DNA of 64,000 nt, from positions 4,345-68,344 of the forward strand of contig WJKM01000004.1 in assembly GCA_014729085.1 (NCBI GenBank), written 5' to 3'. Below the pieces are notes generated by a model, which was not told where the DNA came from, searched no databases, and saw nothing but the letters and a program-made list of their open reading frames with translations. This DNA comes from Candidatus Dojkabacteria bacterium (GTDB lineage: Bacteria > Patescibacteriota > Dojkabacteria > B142 > WJKM01). This document shows positions 1-10,200 of this stretch, piece after piece; position 1 is the stretch's first letter, and the number at the start of each line of letters is the position of its first letter. A program made the position numbers and the translations under genes.

Positions 1-1
1 A

Positions 2-898
2 AATAAAGACACTAAATACAGTATTATAGAAGGAGATGAATACTATGTCGGCTATGATAAAAAAATTTCCAAATTTTTCTACTATAATCCCAAAATTTTA
101 GTACTTACATCCATAAAATGGGATCATACTGATATCTTTAAAACTAAACAGGACTATATTAATAATTTCAGAGAATTAGTAAAACAAGTACCTAAAGATG
201 GCTTAATTATTTATAATAAAATTGACAACAAAGTAAATGAAATTGTACAAGATTCAGCCAAATGTAAAACTGTAGGTTATAATTATAAAAAAGAAATTGG
301 AAATAAATATGATTACCTGAATTCGAAATTTAAAATTATAGGAGAATTTAACAAAGAAAATGCCGTTGCTGCCGGCACTTGTGCTGAAAAACTAGGTATA
401 GATGAAGAGTCAATAAAGAAAGCCTTAATCTCATTTAAAGGAATTAAGAGACGGCTTGAGATCAGATATAGAAATAAGAACCTTATGATTATTGATGATT
501 TTGGTGCTTCGCCTCCAAAAGCAAGGTCGTCCATACTAGCTGTAAAAAAAGTATTCCCTGACTATAAACTACATGTTGTATTTGAACCAAACTTAGGAAG
601 TAGAACATATAAAGCAATTGAAGAATATGATAAGACATTTCATAAAATTGAAAGACTATACTTGCCTAGATTTACTAAAGTTAGTGGAAAGTATTTAGAA
701 AATTATGATCTCGAAAAATATCTCAAAAAAAAGAATATCAAAGCTCAAGCTATTTCAGATGATGAAGAATTAATCGAGATTGTATCTGGAAATATTTATG
801 AGCATAAGAAATCAATTATTTTATTTCTCGGAAGTCATGGTTTTAGAGGCATGATTGAACAAATGACTGAGTTACTCGAAGATGAAGAAATTTCCTAA
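2..898 (+). CDS. murC: Mur ligase family protein, UDP-N-acetylmuramate--L-alanine ligase-like (MurC/Mpl type), 5' end outside window
   Basis: The same frame is open from position 2 through the listed ORF 485..898. The translation shows MurC/Mpl-like motifs (LTSIKWDHTDIF resembling TNIxxDHLD, GIKRRLE resembling GxxRRfE, IDDFGAS in place of IDDYAHHP) and a Mur C-terminal domain. Confidence 0.55.
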   Translation, partial: NKDTKYSIIEGDEYYVGYDKKISKFFYYNPKILVLTSIKWDHTDIFKTKQDYINNFRELVKQVPKDGLIIYNKIDNKVNEIVQDSAKCKTVGYNYKKEIGNKYDYLNSKFKIIGEFNKENAVAAGTCAEKLGIDEESIKKALISFKGIKRRLEIRYRNKNLMIIDDFGASPPKARSSILAVKKVFPDYKLHVVFEPNLGSRTYKAIEEYDKTFHKIERLYLPRFTKVSGKYLENYDLEKYLKKKNIKAQAISDDEELIEIVSGNIYEHKKSIILFLGSHGFRGMIEQMTELLEDEEIS

Positions 899-1244
899 AA
901 AGAAAAAAAAGAAACGATTTAAGACAGCTAAAGAAATTTTACTTTCGAATGATTGGCTTGACGAACGAAAAAAATCTGCAAAATACATCACAAAGGAATA
1001 CCAGGACTATGGTGTTAGGTTAGCTCATAAATTAAACGACCCAGATCACAAAAGTTTATATATAAAATTAGCGAAAGAAGAAAAAAGAGGTTTATTGGAA
1101 AAAGCAGCATCTTTTGCATTAGACTACCCAAATGCAAAAAGCAAAGCTAAAGTATTTATGTGGAAACTAAAAGAACTACGAAAAAAATTTAATAAAAAGA
1201 AACAGAACAAGTCAACCAATAAACAAATGGAATTAATTTCCTAA
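882..1244 (+). CDS. hypothetical Lys-rich basic protein
   Basis: 120-aa ORF that is very K/E-rich (KKKKKKRFK start) and overlaps the murC stop by 17 nt. I recognise no domain. Confidence 0.35.
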   Translation: MKKFPKKKKKKRFKTAKEILLSNDWLDERKKSAKYITKEYQDYGVRLAHKLNDPDHKSLYIKLAKEEKRGLLEKAASFALDYPNAKSKAKVFMWKLKELRKKFNKKKQNKSTNKQMELIS

Positions 1245-1310
1245 TCGATATTTTATATTGTCAAAAACACATCATCATAAATTTGACTTATTCATCTATG
1301 AACTAGATCT

Positions 1311-2279
1311 ATGATTACAGCAATAATTACGGCGTTTAATGAACCTACCACAATAACTAAAGCATTAAAATATATTGTTAATCCTGATTTTTCAGGATTT
1401 AGAAAAAATCTCCAGGTTATTCAAATTTCACCTGATGAAGAAACCTTAGAAAAAGCTTCAAAATACATTAGCACTATCAAAAACCCAAAGCTAGAATATT
1501 TACAAATAAAAGACGAACAGCTTGGAAAGCCTCATGCTTTAAATGTAGGCTTAAAACGTGCTAAATCTGATATAGTAGTATTAACTGACGGAGATGTTCA
1601 TTTCACTGAAAGTTCATTTGTAAATTTAATTGAAGAATTTAAAAAAAGAAAACTCGATGTAGCTTGTGGTAAAGTTATCTCTAAAAATTCTACAAAGACA
1701 CTAACCGGGTATATAAGCCATCTAATGACATCTGCCGCACATCATAAAAGGTTAATTGAGCTAAGTGGAAAAACTGAAGGGTACGGTACTAAATTAGTTC
1801 ATAAAACTAATTTTTTTCCATTATCGGGTTATATGTTGATTTTTAATAAGAAGAAATTAGAGCAAGTTCTTGGGGAGGGTTTTGTGTTTCCTACTGATTG
1901 TTTAGTGGAAGATGCATATTTGTCCTACGTTGCATATAATTACGGCTTAAAGCTAGGGTACATACCTCAGGCAAGAGTGTATGCTAAATTTCCAAGTAAT
2001 TTATCCGACTATTTTAAACAAAAGAAAAGATCTACAGGAGGATATCTTCAACTTTGGAAATACGGTGTGATAAAAAAAGAAACTAATGCCAGATCTTTTT
2101 GGCAGGAACTAAGATATTTTTGGTATCCCTTTAAATTCGCTAAAAGCCTACGTGATATTATATATTCCCTTATCTATTTTCCAATTCGCCTCTACCTGTG
2201 GCTAATGATGTGGTGGGAAAGGAAAATCCTTAAAAAAGATTTTATAAAAACCTGGGTTAGAATTGAGAGTACCAAATAA
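1311..2279 (+). CDS. glycosyltransferase family 2
   Basis: N-terminal IITAFNEP and a DGD motif (VVLTDGDVHF), typical of a GT-A fold GT2 enzyme. ATG start at 1311. Confidence 0.7.
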   Translation: MITAIITAFNEPTTITKALKYIVNPDFSGFRKNLQVIQISPDEETLEKASKYISTIKNPKLEYLQIKDEQLGKPHALNVGLKRAKSDIVVLTDGDVHFTESSFVNLIEEFKKRKLDVACGKVISKNSTKTLTGYISHLMTSAAHHKRLIELSGKTEGYGTKLVHKTNFFPLSGYMLIFNKKKLEQVLGEGFVFPTDCLVEDAYLSYVAYNYGLKLGYIPQARVYAKFPSNLSDYFKQKKRSTGGYLQLWKYGVIKKETNARSFWQELRYFWYPFKFAKSLRDIIYSLIYFPIRLYLWLMMWWERKILKKDFIKTWVRIESTK

Positions 2280-2329
2280 TTTATAATAAGTTTGTATTTA
2301 GATATATATTGATTTATATTTAAATTAAT

Positions 2330-2989
2330 ATGAAAATTTTATCTGCAGGAAAAATCAAAATAGGGTTTCTAGTCCTACTAATGTTTCTAATTGTAGGAGG
2401 TGCATATATATATTCAAACAGTAATTTTAATAATTCAGAAAGCAATGTGTTAGGAGATATTTCGAATAATCTGGAACAAGACTTAATAAATAAATTTGAA
2501 AAAGGAGAGGTTGAACAAGCTGGAGGAACTTGGGAAATAACTAGTAGTACCCCACAAAATACTTATGATCCAAATAAGTCAAAACAACAAGATATTCCTG
2601 AAAATGAGTTAATCAACAATAAGATAAAACGAATACTAAAAGACCAAAACAACTTAAACCAACCTAAAATACGAAGTTATAATACAACCAGTCTTAATAA
2701 TGGAAATTTTGAAGTATTCGTAGAATATAATGCAGGTGACCATTCGAATCATCAAGTACAAAAAAATGAAATGTACAAAGATCTAGTTAAGACGCTAAAA
2801 GAGATCTATCAACATAATAACCCTTATGTTGAATCAGTAAAATTCAATGTATATTTTGAAGATAAATTAGTATTTCAAGTTAATCTAGGTAGCAATAAAG
2901 CTAAACAAGTTAATTGGGAACTTGATGAGGTCTCACTGTATGAAAAGGTTATGCCCTCAGTCTGGAATGTAACTGTAGATAATTTTTAA
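2330..2989 (+). CDS. hypothetical membrane-anchored or secreted protein
   Basis: N-terminal hydrophobic segment (IGFLVLLMFLIVGGAYIY) followed by an N/Q/K-rich hydrophilic region. Confidence 0.5.
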   Translation: MKILSAGKIKIGFLVLLMFLIVGGAYIYSNSNFNNSESNVLGDISNNLEQDLINKFEKGEVEQAGGTWEITSSTPQNTYDPNKSKQQDIPENELINNKIKRILKDQNNLNQPKIRSYNTTSLNNGNFEVFVEYNAGDHSNHQVQKNEMYKDLVKTLKEIYQHNNPYVESVKFNVYFEDKLVFQVNLGSNKAKQVNWELDEVSLYEKVMPSVWNVTVDNF

Positions 2990-3639
2990 GAAGTAAGTGA
3001 CTTAATAATTGAGAATGCTCTCTCTATTTGCTCCTCGGTGATAATTAATATCAATTCATTAGAAGTAGATACAATATCAATTAAGTTAACATCCTCCCAT
3101 GCAAGTGCTTTAAGGATTGAATAATATACTCCTGGAATATTTAAATTATCTGGAGGCAACTTAATACTTATAGCAGAAATCGCATTCAGCTCAAATACAC
3201 TATTTTCATCTTTAAACTTTTTACTAACCAAATCAACAAGCTTTTTATTTACAATAATTGTTATTTCAAAGATTCCCTGCGAAATAATAAAGTAATTCCT
3301 TGGATCATTGTTTAAATTTAAAATGAAATCTTTTAAATTAGAAATCAATGTAGAAGAATTTTGAAAAGTAAATTCATATAAATTTGATTTTATTGTTATA
3401 TCACCTAAATTATTTAATATTTTATTAATTTGATTGGTACCTTTTTTTATTTCAGGCTTATATCTTTTAATAGCCATAATAATAGCTCCAAGCTTGATAT
3501 TTTTCATTGTTTCTTCCCTAACATAAGGCTGAATCTCCCTTGCTAATGCTGAGACGTTAATTAAATCCAAATTTAATGCTTCCTCAATGTAGGGGGTACT
3601 TTTTATATAATTTTTTACAATTTCAGATACTGTTATCAT
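2986..3639 (-). CDS. ACT-domain protein (COG2150-like predicted regulator of amino-acid metabolism)
   Basis: 217 aa with a GLINVSALAREI-type N-terminal region and C-terminal ACT-like repeats. Transcribed divergently from the first T-box leader. Confidence 0.45.
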   Translation of the reverse strand: MITVSEIVKNYIKSTPYIEEALNLDLINVSALAREIQPYVREETMKNIKLGAIIMAIKRYKPEIKKGTNQINKILNNLGDITIKSNLYEFTFQNSSTLISNLKDFILNLNNDPRNYFIISQGIFEITIIVNKKLVDLVSKKFKDENSVFELNAISAISIKLPPDNLNIPGVYYSILKALAWEDVNLIDIVSTSNELILIITEEQIERAFSIIKSLTS

Positions 3640-3705
3640 AATGAATTTAATAATTTGTTAAGATTTTAACACATTATATTAATAATGAACAAAATTTTTA
3701 AAAAT

Positions 3706-3735
3706 TTGAAATCAGTGGATATATTTAATTAAAAT
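3706..3735 (+). promoter_or_regulatory. candidate sigma70-type promoter for T-box leader 1 (TTGAAA, 18 nt, TAAAAT)
   Basis: Hexamers read directly upstream of the leader. This is an AT-rich context, so the call is weak. Confidence 0.2.
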
Positions 3736-3744
3736 TAAACCTAA

Positions 3745-4045
3745 ATTTAAAATTATGAGTTTATTTTTGCATACATTGGAATTAGTGAGTAAGAAATATA
3801 GTGCAATTCTTACAACCAATGCAATAATATGAAGGCTCGTTTATTAATTCAGCATTAAATTAATAAATTTCTGGAAGAAATCTAAAATAAAGACTAGAGA
3901 TTAGAACCAGCGTCTAAGTATACGTTAATTACAATAACCTTGTCATCTATGTGTGATAGAGAGGTTAATGAGATGCAAATAGTGATATCTGCATAAATAG
4001 AGGTGGTACCACGGACTTATAAATCCGTCCTTAGTTTAAAACTAT
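3745..4045 (+). promoter_or_regulatory. T-box riboswitch leader (tRNA-sensing antitermination element)
   Basis: The conserved T-box sequence aaatagaGGTGGTACCacgg at 3995-4014 matches the consensus AAUUAGGGUGGNACCGCGG. Upstream there is a Stem-I-like hairpin with a distal loop ATATAGTGCAA and an AATTAGTGA (UUAG) bulge resembling glyQS-type Stem I. A short hairpin overlaps the T-box at 4011-4030. Confidence 0.7.
4011..4036 (+). terminator. leader terminator hairpin of T-box 1 (ACGGAC-ttataaat-CCGTCC followed by TTAGTTT)
   Basis: The inverted repeat overlaps the 3' half of the T-box sequence, as expected for a terminator/antiterminator switch. The U-tract is weak. Confidence 0.4.
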
Positions 4046-4068
4046 TTAGATTAAGTACGGTATTAAAA

Positions 4069-5943
4069 ATGGAATTATTAACTAAAGAAAAAATTCAGCT
4101 ATTAGAGTATGAAAATACACCAGATGAACTAATACCACCAAGGATGATAGAACAAATCAATGACCAATGGCTTGTGGATTTTGGAGATGAAAATATACGC
4201 ATATGGGACGGTTGGACAGGACCAGTTGTAAGAACAAAAAGACAATGGATAAACTGGGCGGTAGATTTTGTCGGATTTAATTGTGCCGAAATTAATGACT
4301 TAAGCTCCGAGGCAGTAGAAGATTCATATAACGAGTTAACATCCTGGGTAGCTCAAGAAGCACAGAATAAATTGATCCCCAATATTAAAAATCCTGATAA
4401 TTCAAAAAAAAGACAAAAACGACTCATATTTAATGCAGGTTCGAGAGCAACAGGAGATTACATAAATGAATATCATAGAATAAAAGCAGGGAAAAGAGCA
4501 CCACATTTTGATATTTGGACAGGTGCCAGAGCTGGTTTCTATGCAGAAAAAGGAGATATGGTCGTTGGAAGGGGACTAGTTGAAACAATAGGCGAGGCTG
4601 ATCCAGAAATTCAATATGTTGAAATTCAAAATTATAATGAAAGATACTATACGTATGATGCGCTTGCTCAATGGGCAGAGGATGATCCGTATTTTAATAA
4701 TCCTTCAAATCCAATCGTTCCAATTGTAAACTTTCTGAATGAAAACCCAGAAGTTTCAATTTCTCTTTATGCAAATGGTTTCGAAGAGCAAATTGTACTT
4801 TTATACTTATTAAGCTTAACTAATAACAAAACGCTAAATATTGAAGCTAACAGTCCACTTGTTGACTCATTGAATAATAAAGCTATTCTTCATCCAGAAA
4901 TAGATGAAGTACTTGAGGTTGAAGTTGAAGACTTGAATTCTTCGGAGGAAATTCTAAACACCTTAAGAAGAGAAAAATTGAGTTCACAGATAGCTCAATA
5001 TTTTGGTGAAGAAATACTTGATATTTTCCTGGGAGTGCCTGGCTGTACAATAAGTAAAACAGAGGATCTAGAAGAATATGAAAAAAAATTTAGACGTCTG
5101 TATGATTATTTTTATAATAGATATGGAATAACGAAAATTGTTGCAAAGCCAGCCGTTTCATGTGACGGGGAAGGAATTATATTCAATATTGATCCAAGAG
5201 AAACAGAAACATTAGATAAACTTGCACGAGAATTATTTAATCATAAAACCTACATCTTTGAACCGCAAATAAATTTCAACAAATATGAAATAAACGGAGA
5301 GTATAGAGATATAGTTCCCTCGGTACATATTAAAGATGGATACACACTAGTTGGACTTGGAACTAATCAAAAAATTTATGATGAAGGTGTTTGGGGAGGT
5401 CATGATTTACTGGATAAAGTAAATGCGGAAAAACTTGGTTTAAGCGAAATGTTTGAAAAGATGGAAAAGTATATGACTATAATTGCTTCCAAATCACGAG
5501 AAAAAAACTTAGGACTTTCTTTGGCCGGTATTGATTTTTATGAAGGGACTGTTGAGAGTGATAATCCAATCATTGCTTCTAGGATTTGGAGTGGACCAGG
5601 TGACCCAAATATTCGTTTAACAGGAGCAGCATATATTTATGCTTCATTTGATAAAGTTGTTGAAGAAATTGAAAATCATTACGGCACAAAACTTATTCCC
5701 GGAGATGTATCTGTCTCTACAAGAGTAATAACCCCCAATGCTGATTACCAAACCATAGACATGTTAGTGCAAAAATTTAAAGAAGAAAATGGTAATTTGG
5801 ACGTCAAAATAACGTTTGGAACAGTTGCTGCATGTAAAGGTGGCTGGGGTATGATTTATGCAAGCGGAGAGAATACAAATACAGCGTGCAAATATGCAGA
5901 AAAATTAGTAGAATTCCTTGAATCAAATAATATTTTAATTTAA
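4069..5943 (+). CDS. uncharacterised 625-aa protein with a C-terminal ATP-grasp-like ligase domain
   Basis: The ORF track starts at 4003, but 4003-4068 lie inside the T-box and terminator, so the start is moved to ATG 4069 (MELLTKEK). IVAKPAVSCDGEGIIFNI resembles the ATP-grasp vvKP..gs.G.Gv loop, with IFEPQIN and AGIDFYEG...IIASRIWSGPG downstream. The N-terminal 370 aa match nothing I recognise. Confidence 0.6.
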   Translation: MELLTKEKIQLLEYENTPDELIPPRMIEQINDQWLVDFGDENIRIWDGWTGPVVRTKRQWINWAVDFVGFNCAEINDLSSEAVEDSYNELTSWVAQEAQNKLIPNIKNPDNSKKRQKRLIFNAGSRATGDYINEYHRIKAGKRAPHFDIWTGARAGFYAEKGDMVVGRGLVETIGEADPEIQYVEIQNYNERYYTYDALAQWAEDDPYFNNPSNPIVPIVNFLNENPEVSISLYANGFEEQIVLLYLLSLTNNKTLNIEANSPLVDSLNNKAILHPEIDEVLEVEVEDLNSSEEILNTLRREKLSSQIAQYFGEEILDIFLGVPGCTISKTEDLEEYEKKFRRLYDYFYNRYGITKIVAKPAVSCDGEGIIFNIDPRETETLDKLARELFNHKTYIFEPQINFNKYEINGEYRDIVPSVHIKDGYTLVGLGTNQKIYDEGVWGGHDLLDKVNAEKLGLSEMFEKMEKYMTIIASKSREKNLGLSLAGIDFYEGTVESDNPIIASRIWSGPGDPNIRLTGAAYIYASFDKVVEEIENHYGTKLIPGDVSVSTRVITPNADYQTIDMLVQKFKEENGNLDVKITFGTVAACKGGWGMIYASGENTNTACKYAEKLVEFLESNNILI

Positions 5944-6001
5944 AGATGTATTTATTTTTAAAATTTGTTAAATTAAATTACTATTTTTTAATAATAAAAC
6001 A

Positions 6002-6928
6002 ATGAACTCAAAGAGACTTTCATTCTTATTCATTATATTCTTTATCTTGATAAATACATCTCAACATATCTATGCGAAACAATATCCAGATGTTGATAGT
6101 TCTACTTCTCATTACAAAGAAATAGACTATATAACTGATTTAAATTACGCATCGGGTTATACAGACGGTACCTATAAACCATATAGAGAGATAACAAGAG
6201 CTGAATTCACAAAAATTTTGATTAATGCAAAATATACCTCAAATGAGATTGAGTCGTGTACAAATCAATTTAATATAACATTTCCTGATGTATCTCCTGA
6301 CTATCATTTTCGTAAATATATATGTATTGCTGAGAAGGAAGGAATTGTAAAGGGCTATACCGATGGATATTATCGTCCTGAACAAAGTATTACCTTTGGA
6401 GAAGCTTCAAAAATAGTATTAAGAACTCTCTCTCAAACTTTTTCATTACCTTCCGATGCTTTGCTAACTGAATATATTGAGCTTTTAGATTATACTAATT
6501 CTATTCCTACAACTATTTCAAGCAGAACTACAGGAAAGATGACAGATGTCAATTTAAATAGATCTGAAATGGCTTATCTTATTTATCGTGGAAAAGAACT
6601 CTACGATGATATGTTTTATTTTAACTTATATGAAAACCAAAGCCACTCTTATGTAGACCATAATAATAAACTTGTTGTAAGTATAGCCAATACAGGGCAT
6701 ATTAAGAATACAGATATAAATATTAATTCGATGGATTTAGATTGTAGTGATGATCGGATCGAGGTTACTTTAACAATAACAGAAGGTTCAAATAAACAGC
6801 AGATCCATTTAGATAAAAGTTGTAGTACCATATATTCCAAAACTGTAAGTTATAAAGACTACTATTCTTTGGAATTATTAGAATTTAATAATGCTCCTGC
6901 AGCTATTTTAAAAGTTTCAATATTTTAG
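6002..6928 (+). CDS. secreted SLH-domain (S-layer homology) protein
   Basis: Signal peptide (LSFLFIIFFILINTSQHIYA). Two SLH-like repeats (YASGYTDGTYKPYREITRAEFTKIL and FPDVSPDYHF...GIVKGYTDGYYRPEQSITFGEASKIV). Confidence 0.65.
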   Translation: MNSKRLSFLFIIFFILINTSQHIYAKQYPDVDSSTSHYKEIDYITDLNYASGYTDGTYKPYREITRAEFTKILINAKYTSNEIESCTNQFNITFPDVSPDYHFRKYICIAEKEGIVKGYTDGYYRPEQSITFGEASKIVLRTLSQTFSLPSDALLTEYIELLDYTNSIPTTISSRTTGKMTDVNLNRSEMAYLIYRGKELYDDMFYFNLYENQSHSYVDHNNKLVVSIANTGHIKNTDININSMDLDCSDDRIEVTLTITEGSNKQQIHLDKSCSTIYSKTVSYKDYYSLELLEFNNAPAAILKVSIF

Positions 6929-6959
6929 ACTAAAGAGAAATTTGATATAATAATATTTA

Positions 6960-7240
6960 TGAGAACTTAGCAGTAATCAACCAGTAGGGAAACTGGAATA
7001 GTGAAACCCAGTTTAATAATACTACTAAGCAAGACTCACATATCTAATGTTAGATATGCTTCTGAAAGAAACCCAGATACCTGGCTAGTAGAATCAGACG
7101 TATAATGCACGAAAAGCATAGAGCTTACTTGTGAGCTTATAAGATACTGATAGTAATACCAGTATGAATAAAGGTGGTACCGCTTTAAATAGCCCTTAAT
7201 AACATTTACTGAGATGAATGTTATTAAGGGTTTTTTATTT
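6960..7240 (+). promoter_or_regulatory. T-box riboswitch leader upstream of lysS (candidate Lys AAG specifier)
   Basis: T-box sequence aataaaGGTGGTACCGCttt at 7167-7183. Stem I has a distal loop AATAGTGAAAC closed by AAACTGG/CCAGTTT, closely resembling B. subtilis glyQS GAUAGUGAAAG. The candidate specifier loop is ...CUAAG-C-AAG-A-CUC at about 7029-7033. A strong terminator follows. Confidence 0.8.
7193..7240 (+). terminator. intrinsic terminator of the lysS T-box leader
   Basis: Perfect 14-bp stem CCCTTAATAACATT / AATGTTATTAAGGG with loop tactgagatg, followed by TTTTTTATTTT. Its 5' arm can pair alternatively with the T-box sequence as an antiterminator. Confidence 0.75.
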
Positions 7241-7281
7241 TGTAAATTAATTTAAAATTACTAATTATTAAACTAAAAAAA

Positions 7282-10200
7282 ATGGGTAAAACTAAATCTA
7301 CACTAGCACAAATCAGACAGTTTCGAATTGATAAAGCTAATGCTCTAAGAGAAAAAGGTATTGAACCTTATCCAACAAAAGCATCTAGAACAAATTACTC
7401 CGATGAGATTAAAAAAAATTATAGTGATTTTAAAGATAAAAAAGTGACTCTTGCCGGTCGTCTTATGTCATGGCGGGAACATGGACATATTATTTTTGGT
7501 GATATTCAAGATCAAAAGGGAGTCATTCAGCTTTATATTAAAGAAGATACTCTTAATGCAACTAATAAGCAAAAACAATCTATCGGCTTTGAAGATCTTG
7601 AATTACTAGACATAGGAGATATCATTGAAGCAACTGGAATTATAACTAAAACAAAAAGTGGAGAAATATCTATTTTAGCTCAGCAGATTAAAATTCTTAC
7701 GAAAGCCATCAGACCGCTTCCCGAAAAATGGATAGGACTTACTAATAAAGAGAAAATATTCAGAAAAAGATATTTAGATTTGATTGTAAATCCGGAAAAG
7801 AAATACAGATTTGAAAAAAGCGCGCAGATTGTTGCGGCGATAAGACAGTTTTTAAACGATAAAGGATTTCTGGAGATCAAAACACCCATAATTCAACCTT
7901 TATATGGAGGCACAAATGCACGCCCTTTTAAAACATACATGAATGCACTAAGTACAGATTTCTATTTAGCAATTTCTCATGAACTTTATTTAAAACGACT
8001 AATTACAGCAGGTTTTGACAATGTTTACAATATTGCGGGCTATTTCAGAAACGAAGGTATAGATAGATCCCATAATCCAGAATTTCAAATGATTGAAACT
8101 ATGAGTGCTTTTCATAATTATGAATACAATATGGATTTGATAGAAGAACTCTATCAATTTATAGGTAAAAACGTATTTAAGAAAAATATCTTCAAAGTTA
8201 GTGGCCAAGATGTCGACTTTAGTAAACCATGGGAAAGAATTATGATGATTGATGCTGTTAAAAAATATGCTGATATAAACTTTAATAAAATAAATGATAT
8301 TGATTCTGCTCATAATATACTCGCTAAAATTGGTTATGAAGAAGACAAACCAAATACAATTGGAGAATGTATGGTTAAAGTTTTCGAAGAGAAAGTTGAA
8401 GAACAATTAATTCAACCAACTTTTATTACCGGACATCCGGTTGAAATATCACCTCTTGCAAAACAAATGCCTTCTGATTCAAGATTTGTTGAAAGATTTG
8501 AAATCTTTATTGGCGGAATAGAAGGTGGAGATAATTGGACTGAACTTAATGACCCGGTTGAGTTGTATGAAAGACTTAAAGAACAAGTAGAGAGGGGTAG
8601 AGGAGGAGATGACGAATTTCATCCTATGGATGTTGATTTTATTGAATGTATGGAATATGGTATGCCTCCAACAACAGGACTTGGACCTGGCATTGAAAGA
8701 CTACAAATGATGTATTTGGAAACAGAATATATCGATGATGTAATATTCTTTCCAATACAAAGGCCAGCACCTCCAACTGAACTACAAAAAGAATTATATG
8801 GAGCAGAATATCTTGAAAGTAAAGAAAAAGAACTTAAAATACAATCAATAGAACAAAAAGATTTAGATAAACTACCTTCAAAAATAGATGCATTGGATCT
8901 ATTACATAAATATGTAGATGACGATTATCAGGTACTTCATGCAAAAATGGTTGCCGCCGCAATGCAAGATTATGCAGAGGATCTCGGGGCTAATCCGCAT
9001 CTATGGTATATAACCGGTTTACTGCATGATTTGGACTATGCAAAATATCCAGATAAACATCCTTATCAAGAACTTGAATGGTTCAAAGAATGGAAATATC
9101 CTGATCAATTCATACATGCAGTTGCTGCCCATGATCATCTGACAACCGGAGAAGAACCAGAAACTTTACTAGCTGCGGTGTTGCTTGCAGTTGATGAATT
9201 ATCCGGTATTCTCTATGCATATTCAAAAATGCGGGATAAGAATTTTTCCGGTATGAAAGCTAAATCTGCCATAAAAAAACTTGAGGATAAGAATTTTGCA
9301 GCAAAAATAAGCAGAGATGAGATTAAACATGGAATTAAATTATCTAAATTAGATTTAGAACCACATATCAAAAATATGATTACAACTTTTGATAATATGA
9401 AAGAATTTGGAGGTGACAAAGATTATACAGATAAAGTTGAAACAAAAGTTCATTCACTATTAACTAAAAAATTAAAACTTGCTGAGATAACTTCAGAAGT
9501 AAAAGAGAAGTTTCCTGGTATAAAATTCGGATATATAGTTCTTGAGGATGTGAAAGTTGATAAAAAAGATAAAAATTTAGACAAACTTAAAAAAGAAATA
9601 ATTTCTAAACTAGAATCTCAGTATACCGACAAATCTGAAATTAAGGAAAATGATAGGATTGAAGGATTTCGTAAAATCTATAAAAATTCCGGAGTTGATC
9701 CAAATAGTAGATTGAATAGTGCCGAAGCATTGCTAAGAAGAATTGTAAGCGGGAATGGTATATATAATGTAAACAATGTTGTAGATACATATAACATCAC
9801 TTCTGCTGAATTGGGCATTCCTATGGCTGCATATGATTTAGATAAAATAGAGGGTAGATTATCACTCCGTTTTGCAAATAAAGGAGAATCAATAATTAGA
9901 ATTGGAGAAGAAAAACCGAAGTTAATTGAGAAGGGAGAGTTAGTATATGCAGATAACAAAGGCATTACATGCATGGATTTTAATTATAGGGATGCAGATA
10001 GAACTAAAATTACAAAGGAAACAAATAAAATAATTGTATTTATAGATGGACATCAAACTATCAGTCAGAAGGAAATACTCTCCTCATTAAACCTGTTAGG
10101 ACAAAGACTTGAAACATACACAGAAGGTAAGGTAATTGGTTATGGGACTTCATGGGAGGAAGACAAAGTTCTTAACGAAGAAATCAAACAAGATATGAGT

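Noticed and set aside
4003-4068. ORF-track N-terminal extension (MVPRTYKSVLSLKLFRLSTVLK) of the 4003..5943 ORF
   Set aside because: These codons are the T-box conserved sequence and its terminator hairpin (ggtggtaccacggacttataaatccgtcc). The protein most likely starts at ATG 4069.
7680-9974. Antisense ORFs 7680..7889, 7999..8406, 9213..9419 and 9678..9974 inside lysS
   Set aside because: These are short low-complexity translations on the strand opposite a strongly supported gene, typical chance ORFs in AT-rich DNA. The same applies to other embedded antisense ORFs at 313..534, 6649..6840, 12136..12372, 15403..15612, 17561..18113, 20134..20373, 21272..21496, 25271..25480, 30976..31219, 31960..33473, 36241..36435, 37791..38015, 39522..39707, 40152..41159, 42327..42632, 46985..47221, 50142..51572, 52913..53185, 54140..55518, 56282..56609, 58727..58933, 59291..59524, 60459..60662, 61610..61903 and 63409..63636.
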